Assembly (NCBI GenBank): GCA_030262715.1
Contig: JAJSZR010000001.1
Span: 2,188-66,187 of the forward strand
Origin: Deltaproteobacteria bacterium
GTDB lineage: Bacteria > Desulfobacterota > Dissulfuribacteria > Dissulfuribacterales > UBA3076
Reading direction: 5' to 3'
Length of the DNA: 64,000 bases
In this document: positions 18,235 to 28,399 of the stretch, piece by piece
Layout: the number at the start of each line of letters is the position of its first letter
Position numbering within the stretch: the stretch's first letter is position 1
The notes under the pieces: model-generated
What the model saw: the letters and a program-made list of their open reading frames with translations, nothing else
Database searches by the model: none
Told to the model about the DNA's origin: nothing
Translations under genes and position numbers: made by a program

Positions 18235-20322
18235 TTACCCAACCAAATCAGAACGATTCGAGAACTTCATACGTAAGTCCCGAACCAGGTGTGTCTGACA
18301 GAAGATTGTGAGCTGATCTTCAGGCAGAATTTCAGTACTTCCATCCGGTATAAGCACATTGCCGCCACGCTCAATGGAAATCACAGTAGCACTCTGTGGT
18401 AACTTGATCTCAGCCAGCTTTTTACCTGCACAGGGGCAACCGGGGTCTACCTGGATCTCGATGAATTCAACTCCTGAGACTTTACGAAGTGCCATACGTT
18501 CCCGGACGTATTGGGCCTGTTGCTTCTTCAATAGGCCAACGTCATAGGCCCGCAGGATATCGCTTCGGCTGATCAGCCCAAGCAATTTTTGCTCGGCATG
18601 ATGCGAGACCACAGGAAGCCTCGCAAGATCCCTGGGCCCCATTTTGCGTATGGCAGACCAGATGGGCTCATCCGGAAAGACCGTAACAGTGTCGGAAGTG
18701 GCCACGTCACGTACCTTGAGATCACGCATCATTGCATCCTTTTTGGCAAGCGCCCTTTCCATGTCCTGCAGGGTAACTATTCCGTAGAGGTCTTCGTCAT
18801 TTTCCATGACAGGGAAGCCATAAAGATGTGTCTCCTGAAAGATGGCAAAGAGTTCTGCCAGGGACTGGTCTTTATGAACCGTGATGGGTGCCTGATTCAT
18901 GACTTCTTCAACCATGACCCCTTGCATGACATCAAGGTCTCTTCCCTGATCAAAACGGATTCCTTTCTTGGTCAACTTTAAGGTGTAGATGGAATCAGGA
19001 TGCAACCATTGTGTAAGGCTTGATCCAACTATACTAGCGGTCATGAGGGGTAGGATCAGGTGATAGTCCCCGCTCATTTCAAAAACTATGAGTATGGAGG
19101 TAAGTGGGGCCCTCGCTGCTGCGGCAAAGACCGCAGCCATCCCTACAAGTGCATAGGCCCCGACTTCTCCGGCGATATCCGGAAAGAATGCATTGGCAAC
19201 ATATCCATAGGCCCCGCCAAGCACGGCTCCTGTAAACAGGGATGGTGCAAAGATACCTCCTGAATTACCGGAGCCCAGAGTGAATGAGGTTGCCAAGGGC
19301 TTAAGGAGAACCAATACAGCGAAAAGCCAGAAGGATGCTTTGCCCTGCAAGGCATCTTCCATGAATGGAAATCCTGAACCGTAAACGTGAGGCATGTTTT
19401 CAATCAAAGGCAGCCCAAGCCGGAATTCTTCAGTAGAAACATGAAGGACCCCGGACAGATAAGGATAGGAAAAAGCCAGAATACCCAGAAGCAATGCCCC
19501 GATAGCCGGCTTGAAAGCCTGAGGAAATTTCCAGTGATCAAACAGCTCCTCAAAGGCGTCGAGCATCCTGATGAACATGATGCCGACAAAGGCGGCGAGA
19601 AGGCCCAGCACAGCATATAACAGGATCTCCCACGGCGAGTGCATAACATAGCTGGGAACCTCAAAGGCCGGACTAGCCCCAAGAAAGATCTGGCTGATAA
19701 TGCTGGATGATACAGACGCGATCACTACGTTACCAAGCATGGACACCTGGTGTTCGCTCATCAATAATTCTGAGGAAAATGCTACCCCGGCAATAGGTGC
19801 GTTGAATGTGGCTGAGATGCCTGCAGCCGCCCCACAGGCCACAAGATTCTTGATACGTTCGTCTGAGAGGCGCAGCCACTGTCCCACAGAAGAACCAAGG
19901 GCAGAACCCACCTGGACAATAGGGCCTTCCCTGCCGGCTGAACCGCCTGAGCCGATGCAGAGTGCCGAGGCGAAGATCTTTGCTATGGAAACCCTCGGCC
20001 GTATACGGCCAGCACGCAAAATCAGGGCCCTCATGACCTCGGGCACACCGTGCCCCTTGGCCTCCGTAGCAAAGTAGGCAATGATGGGACCGCCGATGAG
20101 TGCACCCAATATAGGGATAATGATAAGCCACAGACGTCCCAGAAAAGGGTAGAGGACCATGGCCTCAGTGTAAGAAAAGTGCTCTATGAGGGCTATGAGT
20201 CGTATAAAGAAGACAGCGGCGAGCCCAGTCCCTGCCCCAACCACAGCAGCCATTACCATCAGGACCAGTCCTCCCCTGGGGACCAGTCGATCTAATAAAT
20301 ATATCAAATGACGTCTGGACAT
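18235..20322 (-). CDS. ClC-type chloride channel/antiporter with CBS pair and TrkA-C-like C-terminal domain
   Basis: ClC selectivity motifs GSGGSAGREGP, GSGNSGGIFAPS and the GxFxP type. CBS-like repeats follow the membrane domain, and a TrkA_C-like tail (IEIQVDPGCPCAGKKLAEIKLP) ends the protein. Confidence 0.85.
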   Translation of the reverse strand: MSRRHLIYLLDRLVPRGGLVLMVMAAVVGAGTGLAAVFFIRLIALIEHFSYTEAMVLYPFLGRLWLIIIPILGALIGGPIIAYFATEAKGHGVPEVMRALILRAGRIRPRVSIAKIFASALCIGSGGSAGREGPIVQVGSALGSSVGQWLRLSDERIKNLVACGAAAGISATFNAPIAGVAFSSELLMSEHQVSMLGNVVIASVSSSIISQIFLGASPAFEVPSYVMHSPWEILLYAVLGLLAAFVGIMFIRMLDAFEELFDHWKFPQAFKPAIGALLLGILAFSYPYLSGVLHVSTEEFRLGLPLIENMPHVYGSGFPFMEDALQGKASFWLFAVLVLLKPLATSFTLGSGNSGGIFAPSLFTGAVLGGAYGYVANAFFPDIAGEVGAYALVGMAAVFAAAARAPLTSILIVFEMSGDYHLILPLMTASIVGSSLTQWLHPDSIYTLKLTKKGIRFDQGRDLDVMQGVMVEEVMNQAPITVHKDQSLAELFAIFQETHLYGFPVMENDEDLYGIVTLQDMERALAKKDAMMRDLKVRDVATSDTVTVFPDEPIWSAIRKMGPRDLARLPVVSHHAEQKLLGLISRSDILRAYDVGLLKKQQAQYVRERMALRKVSGVEFIEIQVDPGCPCAGKKLAEIKLPQSATVISIERGGNVLIPDGSTEILPEDQLTIFCQTHLVRDLRMKFSNRSDLVG

Positions 20323-20463
20323 ATAGGCTAGTTATGGCGAACACAGACATTTTTATCCGCCGACATGGCGGGCAAAAAGTACCTGTCGGGCCATTTGCGG
20401 TTTGGCTAGATGGCCTGAGTCTGTGTGAGTCTGTGTGTGTCTGTGGCTAATTTTAAAATATTT

Positions 20464-21369
20464 TCATGGCGAAAGATCTCGAAGGGCTTTCTCTAATGTG
20501 GGGAAATTAAAATCAAAGCCCTGTTTTTCAAGTATCCCTGGTATTACCCGCTGGCCCTCCAGGGCGATTTCCGCAGCACCACCAATGGCAATCTTCAGCA
20601 CAAATCCCGGCACTGGTAAGATGGCAGGACGTTTCAATTCCCTGGCAAGGGTCTTGGTCAGCTCAATATTGGTGACCGGATTGGGAGAACACATGTTTAC
20701 AGCACCTGAGATCTCCGCCTTCTCGGCAACGAAAAGAATGGCACGGCAGAGGTCATGGAGGTGCATCCACGGAAACCACTGTTTGCCACTGCCCAGGCGA
20801 CCGCCCAGACCATACTGAAAAGATGGAAGCATTTGTGCCAGGGCTCCTCCTCCGCGTCCAATTATTGCGCCTAAACGGGCAATAACGACCCGGGCCCCTT
20901 TTTCGCCCGCGACCTCCGCCTCCTCCTGCCAACTTTTTGTTACCTCTGCAAGAAAGCCTTCTCCTGCAGGAGATTTCTCGGTAATAATTGCATCTTTTGT
21001 AAAGCCGTAACAACCAACCGCATTGGCGTTAATCATTGTGATTCCATGATCCTGCTTTTCAGGGATTGCCTTCACTGCCATGCGAGTGGAAAGGACCCTG
21101 GTTTCCATGATCTCTTTTCGGGCTGTCCTTGTCCACCGTGTCATGATGGGCTTTCCCACGAGATTGACAATCACGTCGGTCTGGGCTGCTTCTTTCTGCC
21201 ACTGACCAGGCTCTAATGGATTCCCTACTATCGAATTAGTTCCTGATGGCAGGTTTCCGGCTTTAGCCGCACTACGAACAAGAGCCGTGACCTTATGACC
21301 TTTTTTTAAGAGATGCCTGATCAAAGACCCGCCTATAAAGCCCGTCCCTCCCATAATGAAGAATTTCAT
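20464..21369 (-). CDS. TIGR01777/YfcH-type NAD-dependent epimerase-like protein (DUF1731 C-terminus)
   Basis: Starts MKFFIMGGTGFIGGSL (Rossmann fold). 301 aa with a C-terminal GFDFNFPTLEKAL block typical of YfcH. Confidence 0.75.
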   Translation of the reverse strand: MKFFIMGGTGFIGGSLIRHLLKKGHKVTALVRSAAKAGNLPSGTNSIVGNPLEPGQWQKEAAQTDVIVNLVGKPIMTRWTRTARKEIMETRVLSTRMAVKAIPEKQDHGITMINANAVGCYGFTKDAIITEKSPAGEGFLAEVTKSWQEEAEVAGEKGARVVIARLGAIIGRGGGALAQMLPSFQYGLGGRLGSGKQWFPWMHLHDLCRAILFVAEKAEISGAVNMCSPNPVTNIELTKTLARELKRPAILPVPGFVLKIAIGGAAEIALEGQRVIPGILEKQGFDFNFPTLEKALRDLSP

Positions 21370-21582
21370 AGTACGTCCCTGAATCTATCCCGGTTCAGCC
21401 CCTGCCAGCGAATTCAAAGCTTACTCTCCTTAGCAGGAAAAATCCATTCCTTGCGTTCTCCATCGGTGCATTAATAGAATGAACCAGGAACCCACTGATT
21501 GCAAGTCCATCTTGTAATATCCTTTATTTTTCAAAGTAAAATGAGCATAATACTGATTACACCGCAAAAAGTTCTTGAAATA

Positions 21583-21708
21583 TGATTCCGCTCAAAATGC
21601 TTCGGATGCAAGGCGTGAGATTTCCGAGGAATGAGACGTACTTAGCGTACATCGCATGGGCGAGGAAATCGAAGCAACGCAGCAGATGGGGTATTTGCAG
21701 CAGAATCA
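21583..21708 (+). repeat. palindromic intergenic element, copy A (full length, 126 bp)
   Basis: Ends tgattccgctcaaaatgc / gcagcagaatca are inverted. Central dyad gacgtacttagcgtacatc. The right half ...gaagcaacgcagcagatggggtattt.cagc recurs at 44587-44654 and, reverse-complemented, at 55759-55793. Confidence 0.8.
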
Positions 21709-21837
21709 ATACTGGAATGTTTTTAATCGGACAAGTAAAATAGAATTCAAGTCTCCGAGTCATGCCGGGTCAGGGGCATTTGTCTTTGGTGTTTGGAGTT
21801 CGGTTTAGGATTTTTTCCTTGAGGAAAGGGGGAGTAA

Positions 21838-22179
21838 ATGAACATCTTACTTATAGGTTGTAGTGCGTATATGGATCAAGGTTATGGATGTCCTGGGGAA
21901 TATAAGTGCATCAACGCAGTGGCGGAAAAGAACGGGGAATTTGCCCAATACGACAATCCGGTGCTGGTCGGCTTTCTGCGCTGCCAGTGTCCTGGACGGG
22001 CCGTGATATCTAATATAGGAATGGTCAAAAAAAATGTCCACATCGATGCAGTACATCTTGCCAACTGTATGGTTAAGGCAATACCCATGTGTAAGAACCA
22101 TGACTTCGATCAGTTTAAGGAGATAGTTGAAAAGAAGTTCGGTGTAAAGTGTGTGCTGGGCGCACACGCCTATGACTAA
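21838..22179 (+). CDS. CGGC-domain-like small Cys-rich protein
   Basis: 113 aa with a GGGGAG RBS. Cys pattern GC..., GCPGEYKC, RCQCPGR resembles the CGGC family. The call is tentative. Confidence 0.5.
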   Translation: MNILLIGCSAYMDQGYGCPGEYKCINAVAEKNGEFAQYDNPVLVGFLRCQCPGRAVISNIGMVKKNVHIDAVHLANCMVKAIPMCKNHDFDQFKEIVEKKFGVKCVLGAHAYD

Positions 22180-22242
22180 ATGAAGAAGGAGTTGCCCCTG
22201 ACAACGGCATTTTATCAGGTACGAGTGTAAGAGAGGGTCCAA

Positions 22243-22959
22243 ATGGCCGCAAAGATCTGCGAAATATCCGGCCTCCGTGACAAGAGGTTTGTCTTCAAGG
22301 ACAGGGACGATGCCGCAAAGGTGCTTTCAGAAATGCTCAGTCCTTACTACGAAAAGGCAAAAGAGACCCTTGTCCTTGCCATACCTTCCGGTGGGGTACC
22401 TATAGGACTTGAGGTGGCAAAGGGCCTCTCCTTGCCCCTTGATCTCATAATTGTCAGAAAGATTCCAATACCTGGAAATCCCGAAGCAGGTTTTGGTGCC
22501 GTGACACTAGATGGGGATGTCTTTCTCAATGACGAGTTTGTCGCCTTTCTTCAGCTTTCTCCAAAGGAAATAGAGGATCAGATAACCAAGGTAAAAACGG
22601 ATCTCCAAGAAAGAAATCGTATTTTTCGCCAGGGAACTACCTTTCCCGATGTGCTTCATAAGACAATATTGATGGCAGATGATGGTCTTGCCTCAGGCTA
22701 CACTATGTTGGCCTGCGTAGAAACGGTTCGCCGAAAAGGGGCGAGCAAGATAGTAGTGGCAGTGCCAACTGCTCCAGAACGTTCTGTTTCCCGGATTTCT
22801 CCCATTGTTGAAGAAATTTTTTGCCCAAACATAAGGACCGGGCAGTATTTTGCAGTGGCTGATGCCTATGCCAACTGGTACGACCTCAGCAGGGATGAAG
22901 TCCTGACCAGGTTACGAGAAGCCGGATTTCCTGAGACCTCCGATTCATGCACAGATTGA
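22243..22959 (+). CDS. phosphoribosyltransferase-family protein
   Basis: PRPP-binding motif ILMADDGLASGYTM, and a type-I PRT fold layout with a second flank domain. Confidence 0.75.
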   Translation: MAAKICEISGLRDKRFVFKDRDDAAKVLSEMLSPYYEKAKETLVLAIPSGGVPIGLEVAKGLSLPLDLIIVRKIPIPGNPEAGFGAVTLDGDVFLNDEFVAFLQLSPKEIEDQITKVKTDLQERNRIFRQGTTFPDVLHKTILMADDGLASGYTMLACVETVRRKGASKIVVAVPTAPERSVSRISPIVEEIFCPNIRTGQYFAVADAYANWYDLSRDEVLTRLREAGFPETSDSCTD

Positions 22960-23075
22960 TTTGCTCCAAGGGTTATGTGAAAAAGCAGAAAAAAGACATA
23001 ATTTCATGAATGTCCCCTTTTTCTTATAATAAGGCGGACATGGAGTGCCAAGTCCTCTTGATGATCTGGATATCT

Positions 23076-23206
23076 TGATGCCACAAATACCCAGGCATTG
23101 TCGATTTCACCGAATCTGCTTTGTTGTCGGGCGCTTGAAGTACCAAAAAGTACGTCTACGCACCCTCCGCCTCACATCTTCGGCAAACTCAGCAACTGCA
23201 TAATCA
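23076..23206 (-). repeat. palindromic intergenic element, copy E (full length, reverse orientation)
   Basis: 23108-23192 aligns closely to the reverse complement of copy D (caccgAatctgctttgttgtcgggcGcttgaagtac...gtacgtct.cg.accc). The left end tgatgccacaaataccc matches the terminal motif of copies A and C. Confidence 0.75.
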
Positions 23207-23210
23207 AGGA

Positions 23211-23585
23211 TTATTCCTCTAAGTCGAACGCCCAGGGTATATGTTCAATGGTCGGTTTTCCAATACCATGAAACCTGATTGCCAGGACATCAAATCGAAT
23301 TTCCCTGTCCAGGCAACCCTTTTCCTGGAGGTACCACTTGGCAACACGTATAATCTGACGCTTTTTGTGATAGGTTATTGCCTCCTGGGGCAGACCATAT
23401 TTAGCGCTTACCCTGGACTTTACTTCCACAAAGATTACCCGTAAGCGATCCTCAAGGATCAGGTCTATCTCACCGCACCGCACCCGGTAGTTACGCTCAA
23501 GGACATGATATCCCTTCTCTATGAAAAAGGCCTCAGCGAGTCCCTCAGCCTTTTTCCCTAATTCCTTGGCATAACTATGTGTCAA
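23211..23585 (-). CDS. yraN: YraN-family endonuclease-like protein (UPF0102)
   Basis: 124 aa with GEIDLI....VFVEVK, a PD-(D/E)xK-like core. In the conserved position after rnhB. Confidence 0.85.
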   Translation of the reverse strand: MTHSYAKELGKKAEGLAEAFFIEKGYHVLERNYRVRCGEIDLILEDRLRVIFVEVKSRVSAKYGLPQEAITYHKKRQIIRVAKWYLQEKGCLDREIRFDVLAIRFHGIGKPTIEHIPWAFDLEE

Positions 23586-24232
23586 TCGTACTCCTGGGAT
23601 ATTGTTGTGTGCTCCCGCACTCCCTTAAATGTTCTCCTGTGGATCGGACAACAGCCATAGAGCTTGATAGCCTTACGGTGTTCTGAAGTCGGATAGCCTT
23701 TATTGCCGGCGAAGTTGTAATGGGGATAATGCCGGTGCATCTCTTCCATAAGGCTGTCCCTAAAGACCTTGGCCACTATTGAGGCGGCCGCCACGGAAAG
23801 AGATCTCTGGTCTCCTTTTACCAGGGTCTTCTGAGGCAAAATGTGGGGAATTTGTTGATTACCGTCAACAAGTAAGGCCATGGGCCGAAGGTCCAGATTA
23901 TCCACGGCCTGGGCCATTGCCTTAAGGCTGGCCTTCAGGATGTTTATCCGGTCTATTTCTGTAGATTCCACCTGGGCCACGGAGACCGCCAGGGCCTTCT
24001 CTCTTATTGTCCTGTCAAAGACTTGCCTCTGTTTTGAGGAAAGGGCCTTTGAATCCCGGACACCGGAAAGATGAATATCAGGTGAAAAAATCACGGCAGC
24101 AGCCACTACCGGCCCTGCCAGGCAACCACGGCCAACTTCGTCAAGACCCGCAACTGGATCGAGACCATGGTCCCACAGAATGCGTTCAAAGCACAAGAGA
24201 TCCAATTCGGAATCCCTACAACCGGTTTTCAT
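23582..24232 (-). CDS. rnhB: ribonuclease HII
   Basis: GLDEVGRGCLAGPVV, DSK.L and ASI.AKV motifs. Confidence 0.92.
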   Translation of the reverse strand: MKTGCRDSELDLLCFERILWDHGLDPVAGLDEVGRGCLAGPVVAAAVIFSPDIHLSGVRDSKALSSKQRQVFDRTIREKALAVSVAQVESTEIDRINILKASLKAMAQAVDNLDLRPMALLVDGNQQIPHILPQKTLVKGDQRSLSVAAASIVAKVFRDSLMEEMHRHYPHYNFAGNKGYPTSEHRKAIKLYGCCPIHRRTFKGVREHTTISQEYD

Positions 24233-24236
24233 GAAA

Positions 24237-24587
24237 TTAAGAACGAGGACTTATCTTTTGCCTTACTGCCTTACCCTTGAGACCACGTAGGTAGTAAAAT
24301 TTGGCCCGGTTGTGCCGGCCTTCTTTTGCCAATTCGATTTTTTCGATTCTTGGAGAATTTATGGGGAAGATGCGCTCTACGCCAACGCCGTAAGAGACCT
24401 TTCTTACAGTAAAACTCTCAGACATGCCGCTGCCCCTGCGGCTGATTACCACGCCTTCAAATACTTGTATACGTTCTTTTTCATCTGTCTCCCGGATCTT
24501 GACATTGACACGCACCGTATCTCCGGGCCTGAAGTCCGGAATATCTGTTCGCATCTCTTCAAATTCAAGTCTACGCAAAATTTCCAT
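24237..24587 (-). CDS. rplS: 50S ribosomal protein L19
   Basis: [25 protein letters not shown], diagnostic of L19. Confidence 0.95.
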   Translation of the reverse strand: MEILRRLEFEEMRTDIPDFRPGDTVRVNVKIRETDEKERIQVFEGVVISRRGSGMSESFTVRKVSYGVGVERIFPINSPRIEKIELAKEGRHNRAKFYYLRGLKGKAVRQKISPRS

Positions 24588-24648
24588 CTGTTATATCCTC
24601 CTGAAAATATTGAATGCCAAATGATCCACAATTCAGCATTCAACATTA

Positions 24649-25221
24649 TTAATTCCTATACCCCAAAAGCCGGTCCAGGGTTATTGCAACTGCACCGCGA
24701 ACCGGCAAATGATTGTATTCCCGATTACCCTCTATAGGAGAGATCACTCCGTCAACACTTTCAAGCACACTGCTATCAAATCCAGAAGCAGTGCCAAAGA
24801 GAAGCAAAACACTATCGCGGCATTGATCTTCTATTTTTTTCCGCAAACCGGGCCAATCTACCGAGTTCGGCCATTTCTTGGCAGTAGTGGCATATACAAG
24901 AACGCTTCTTCCTGTCTCAAGAGTTATCTCGCTACAGACCTTTTCAATATCTCCCACAATCCTTATAAGCCCCATGGCCTCTCGTCTATCCGGATTGATA
25001 TCCCCCCCGGCTCCTTCCAGCCAATGATCAATCAGGCGTTGTGCCAGGACCTGCTGATCAGACAATGGGGTAACCAGGTAATACGCGGATAGCTCATAGG
25101 TCCGGGCCAGCCTTGCTATATCATGAATGTCCAGGTTAGTGATGGCCGAGGCTATTAACTCTCCGTGGCGATTCAGGACCGGATAATGGACCAGGGCAAG
25201 GTAGATCAGCTTTTTTCCCAC
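24649..25221 (-). CDS. SAM-dependent RNA methyltransferase-like protein (Methyltrn_RNA_4/DUF2168 type)
   Basis: 190 aa between trmD and rplS. Starts IYLALVHYPV.N..G....SAITNLDIHDIAR, as in that family. The family call is from memory. Confidence 0.55.
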   Translation of the reverse strand: MGKKLIYLALVHYPVLNRHGELIASAITNLDIHDIARLARTYELSAYYLVTPLSDQQVLAQRLIDHWLEGAGGDINPDRREAMGLIRIVGDIEKVCSEITLETGRSVLVYATTAKKWPNSVDWPGLRKKIEDQCRDSVLLLFGTASGFDSSVLESVDGVISPIEGNREYNHLPVRGAVAITLDRLLGYRN

Positions 25222-25952
25222 CCCAGACTCCTGAGGTATTTAATGTCCTTTTCATCCAATTTGGCCCTGTTAAGGAGCTCCGGCCTCTGTTCATAAGTAA
25301 GGCCAAGGGATTGCTCCCTTCTCCATTTTGCAATTCTTGCATGGTCTCCGGACATTAATACCTCTGGGATCTCCCAGCCCTTAAAGATCCTGGGTCGGGT
25401 GTATTGAGGAAACTCCAGGAGCCCGTCACTGAAAGAATCGTTCTCTGCTGATGACTCACATCCCAGTACACCCGGTATAAGCCTGCTAACGGCTTCTATC
25501 ACTACAAGGGCTGCGATCTCGCCGCCGGACAGGACATAATCTCCGACAGATAACTCAAGATCTATGCAGTGCTCGCGAATTCGCTCATCCACTCCTTCGT
25601 ATCGGCCACATATAAGGATAAGTCGCCCGAGCTGAGCAAGCTCCCCGGCCATGGCCTGATCAAGCAACTTTCCCCTGGGGCTCAGCAAAATTACCCTGGC
25701 CTCAGGCGGCTCCTCTTTCAGGACTTTGAGGGCCTTATAGATTGGTTCAGGCTTCATCACCATGCCCTCTCCACCACCAAAGGGCCTGTCATCAGTGGTC
25801 CGATGCCTGTCCGTAGTAAAATCTCTAAGGTCAACTGTCCTGATCTTGAGGATAGCTGCCTCAATGGCCCGCCTCACCACTCCATCCTTTAGGGGTGAAT
25901 CAAAAAAATGGGGGAAGATAGTAACTATGTCAAAGAGCATTGGCCTCAACAA
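25206..25952 (-). CDS. trmD: tRNA (guanine37-N1)-methyltransferase
   Basis: FDIVTIFP, LLSP.G, ICGRYEGVDER and LSGGE motifs. The start may be Met-5 (25940). Confidence 0.93.
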   Translation of the reverse strand: MLRPMLFDIVTIFPHFFDSPLKDGVVRRAIEAAILKIRTVDLRDFTTDRHRTTDDRPFGGGEGMVMKPEPIYKALKVLKEEPPEARVILLSPRGKLLDQAMAGELAQLGRLILICGRYEGVDERIREHCIDLELSVGDYVLSGGEIAALVVIEAVSRLIPGVLGCESSAENDSFSDGLLEFPQYTRPRIFKGWEIPEVLMSGDHARIAKWRREQSLGLTYEQRPELLNRAKLDEKDIKYLRSLGWEKS

Positions 25953-26463
25953 GGCCAGGGGGAAGATCTACCTTTATGACGCCCTTCTCAAGGTCGATCT
26001 CTTTCACCATCTGCTCAACAGCAGGCACAAGGATCTCTCCCTTGTCACCTTTAACCACATAGACATCATAGGCACCTGTTGCCAGGATATCAGACAAAAT
26101 TCCCAATTCTTCCCCTCCAGCACTCACTACAGCGAGTCCCTCAAGTTCGTGCCAGTAATACTCTTCCTCAGCCAGTGGCGACAGCTTGGCTCTATCCAGG
26201 AAGATCTCTTTGTCCACAAAAGACCCTGCTTGTGTCCTATCAACCACACCTTCAAGTGTCAGGATCACACTTTTACCTTTTTTGGTACGGGCCTTAAGCA
26301 CCCTTTGAGGCACTTTATCGCCATATTTGCCCTGGACAAAAATGTTTTTGTAGTCTAAAAAAGACCCTTCATCCGAGTAAAGATACACCTGCACCTCACC
26401 ACGTATTCCATGGGTCTTTACAATCTTGCCAAGAGCAAAAAAGAAGGTATCAGTGCCCATCAA
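25930..26463 (-). CDS. rimM: 16S rRNA processing protein RimM
   Basis: GKIVKTHGIRGEV N-terminus, a PRC-barrel C-terminus, and conserved operon position. Confidence 0.9.
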   Translation of the reverse strand: MMGTDTFFFALGKIVKTHGIRGEVQVYLYSDEGSFLDYKNIFVQGKYGDKVPQRVLKARTKKGKSVILTLEGVVDRTQAGSFVDKEIFLDRAKLSPLAEEEYYWHELEGLAVVSAGGEELGILSDILATGAYDVYVVKGDKGEILVPAVEQMVKEIDLEKGVIKVDLPPGLVEANAL

Positions 26464-26697
26464 CTATTCAAGTATTTCTAAGACCGACCTCTTCCGCAGT
26501 TTTGTGGATGCAGCATTGAGTATGGTCCTCATTGCTCTGGCAGTACGGCCCTGCCGGCCTATCACCTTTCCAAGGTCTTCCTTGGATACCTTAAGTTCTA
26601 TAACCGAGGTCTGTTCTCCTTCGACCTCGCTTACCTGCACCGCCTCAGGATTATCTACCAGTGCCTTTGCTATGTATTCAACCAGCTCCTTCATCAT
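26464..26697 (-). CDS. KH-domain RNA-binding protein (YlqC/UPF0109)
   Basis: 77 aa with the [13 protein letters not shown]-type KH motif. Located between rpsP and rimM. Confidence 0.85.
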   Translation of the reverse strand: MMKELVEYIAKALVDNPEAVQVSEVEGEQTSVIELKVSKEDLGKVIGRQGRTARAMRTILNAASTKLRKRSVLEILE

Positions 26698-26742
26698 TCG
26701 CCTCCGCAGTCAATGTCCTCATATAGCGGTATTATTATGCTT

Positions 26743-26779
26743 GAGCCGCCTGCAAAACCTTGAGTTTTGCAGGCGGCTC
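26743..26779 (-). promoter_or_regulatory. perfect 16-bp stem-loop 3 nt after the rpsP stop (intercistronic hairpin)
   Basis: gagccgcctgcaaaac-cttga-gttttgcaggcggctc. No U-tract follows on the transcribed (minus) strand. Confidence 0.6.
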
Positions 26780-26781
26780 AT

Positions 26782-27042
26782 TTACTGTTGATCAGGTTCT
26801 AATGGCTGGCCGGCTCTTTTAAGCAAGGACCTCACCGTATCTGTGGGCTTAGCGCCCAAATTCAGCCATTTGTCCAATTTGGTTGAGTCAACCTTGAACT
26901 CCAAGGGGTCCTTCAGGGGATCGTATGTACCGAGAATTTCGAAAAACTTTCCATCTCTTGCAGCCTCGGAGTTTGCCGCCACCACACGATAAAACGGCTT
27001 CTTCTTGCGTCCATGCCGGGTCAAACGAATTTTTATTGCCAT
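26782..27042 (-). CDS. rpsP: 30S ribosomal protein S16
   Basis: MAIKIRLTRHGRKKKPFYRVV is the canonical S16 start. The ORF-track start at 27054 is 4 codons too long. Confidence 0.95.
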   Translation of the reverse strand: MAIKIRLTRHGRKKKPFYRVVAANSEAARDGKFFEILGTYDPLKDPLEFKVDSTKLDKWLNLGAKPTDTVRSLLKRAGQPLEPDQQ

Positions 27043-27061
27043 ATTTACCTCCAAAAATAAT

Positions 27062-28399
27062 TCAAAAGGGCAAAAGCCCTTTAGGGAACTGTTTAAATTT
27101 TGATTTTCTCATTTTTTTGAGCATTTTATTCATTGTTGCATAATTTTTGAGGAGCCGATTTACATCCTGGACAGCAGTACCGCTACCATTGGCTATCCTC
27201 CTTCTCCGACTGGCATTGATGATAGTGTAACTCCTGCGCTCCTGGGGTGTCATAGAGTCAATAATAGCCTCCACCCGTATGAGCTCTTTCTCGTCAGGGG
27301 CCAACCCCTTCAGTTGTTTCATCTTGTTTAGACCGGGGATCATGGAGATGATTTGTTCAAGGCTCCCCATCTTCTTTATCTGCCGCAGTTGGTCTCTGAA
27401 GTCCTCCAGTGTGAAAGTGTTCGTTTTAAGCTTGTCCTGAAGCTCTTGGGCCTTCTTCTTATCAATAGTATCCTGGGCCTTCTCAATCAGGCTGAGAATA
27501 TCCCCCATTCCGAGAATTCGGTTGGCGATTCGATCCGGATGGAAGGGTTCTAAGGCATCAAGTTTCTCACCTACACCTACCAGCTTGATGGATTTCCCTG
27601 TAACTGCCTGTATTGAAAGGGCTGCACCGCCTCTGGCGTCACCCTCAAGCTTGGTGAGCACAACGCCTGTAATAGAAAGTTCCTGGTCAAATTTTTTAGC
27701 TACATTGACAGCATCCTGTCCGGTCATAGCGTCTGCCACAAGCAGAATTTCCTGAGGAGACACCACAGTATTTATTTCCCTGAGTTCCCCCATTAGGGCC
27801 TCGTCTATATGCAAACGGCCTGCAGTATCAATGATAACTGTATCGAGGCGTGCAAATTCCGCTTTGGCAACTGCCTGTCTAGCTATGTCCACAGGAGACA
27901 TGGCCGACTCCGAAGGAAATACGTCAATTTTTAACTGGTCCCCAAGAATCTTTAGCTGTTCTATGGCCGCGGGCCTGTAAACATCGGCAGGCACAAGGTA
28001 GGGTTTGCGGCCCTTTAATTTCAGCCAACGAGCGAGCTTTGCGGCAGTAGTAGTCTTACCAGAACCCTGAAGACCCACCAGGAGTATAACTGCAGGCTGG
28101 CGTCCAGCCAGTTCGAGCCTCTTATTATGGCCCCCAAGTAAGGCTATAAGCTCCTCATGGACTATTTTCACAACTTGCTGGGCCGGAGTCAGGCTTTCCA
28201 TCACCTCCTGCCCCGCAGCCCGCTCTTTCACCCGAGCGATAAAGTCCTTTACGACCTTGTAGTTTACGTCAGCCTCCAAAAGGGCCAGACGGACCTCCCT
28301 CAGGCCATCCTGGATATTCTCCTCTGAAAGCCTTCCGTAACCTTTAAGGCGCTTAAATACGGAATTCAGGCGTTCGCTCAGATTATCAAACATGCTCAC
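27062..28399 (-). CDS. ffh: signal recognition particle protein Ffh
   Basis: [15 protein letters not shown] and TKLDGDARGG GTPase motifs plus a Met-rich M domain. The true start is probably MFDNLS at 28393. Confidence 0.95.
   Translation of the reverse strand: MSMFDNLSERLNSVFKRLKGYGRLSEENIQDGLREVRLALLEADVNYKVVKDFIARVKERAAGQEVMESLTPAQQVVKIVHEELIALLGGHNKRLELAGRQPAVILLVGLQGSGKTTTAAKLARWLKLKGRKPYLVPADVYRPAAIEQLKILGDQLKIDVFPSESAMSPVDIARQAVAKAEFARLDTVIIDTAGRLHIDEALMGELREINTVVSPQEILLVADAMTGQDAVNVAKKFDQELSITGVVLTKLEGDARGGAALSIQAVTGKSIKLVGVGEKLDALEPFHPDRIANRILGMGDILSLIEKAQDTIDKKKAQELQDKLKTNTFTLEDFRDQLRQIKKMGSLEQIISMIPGLNKMKQLKGLAPDEKELIRVEAIIDSMTPQERRSYTIINASRRRRIANGSGTAVQDVNRLLKNYATMNKMLKKMRKSKFKQFPKGLLPF

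Noticed and set aside
20420-20450. GAGTCTGTGT-type GT-rich micro-repeat upstream of the ClC gene
   Set aside because: It is a short, imperfect simple repeat of about 30 bp with no evidence of function.
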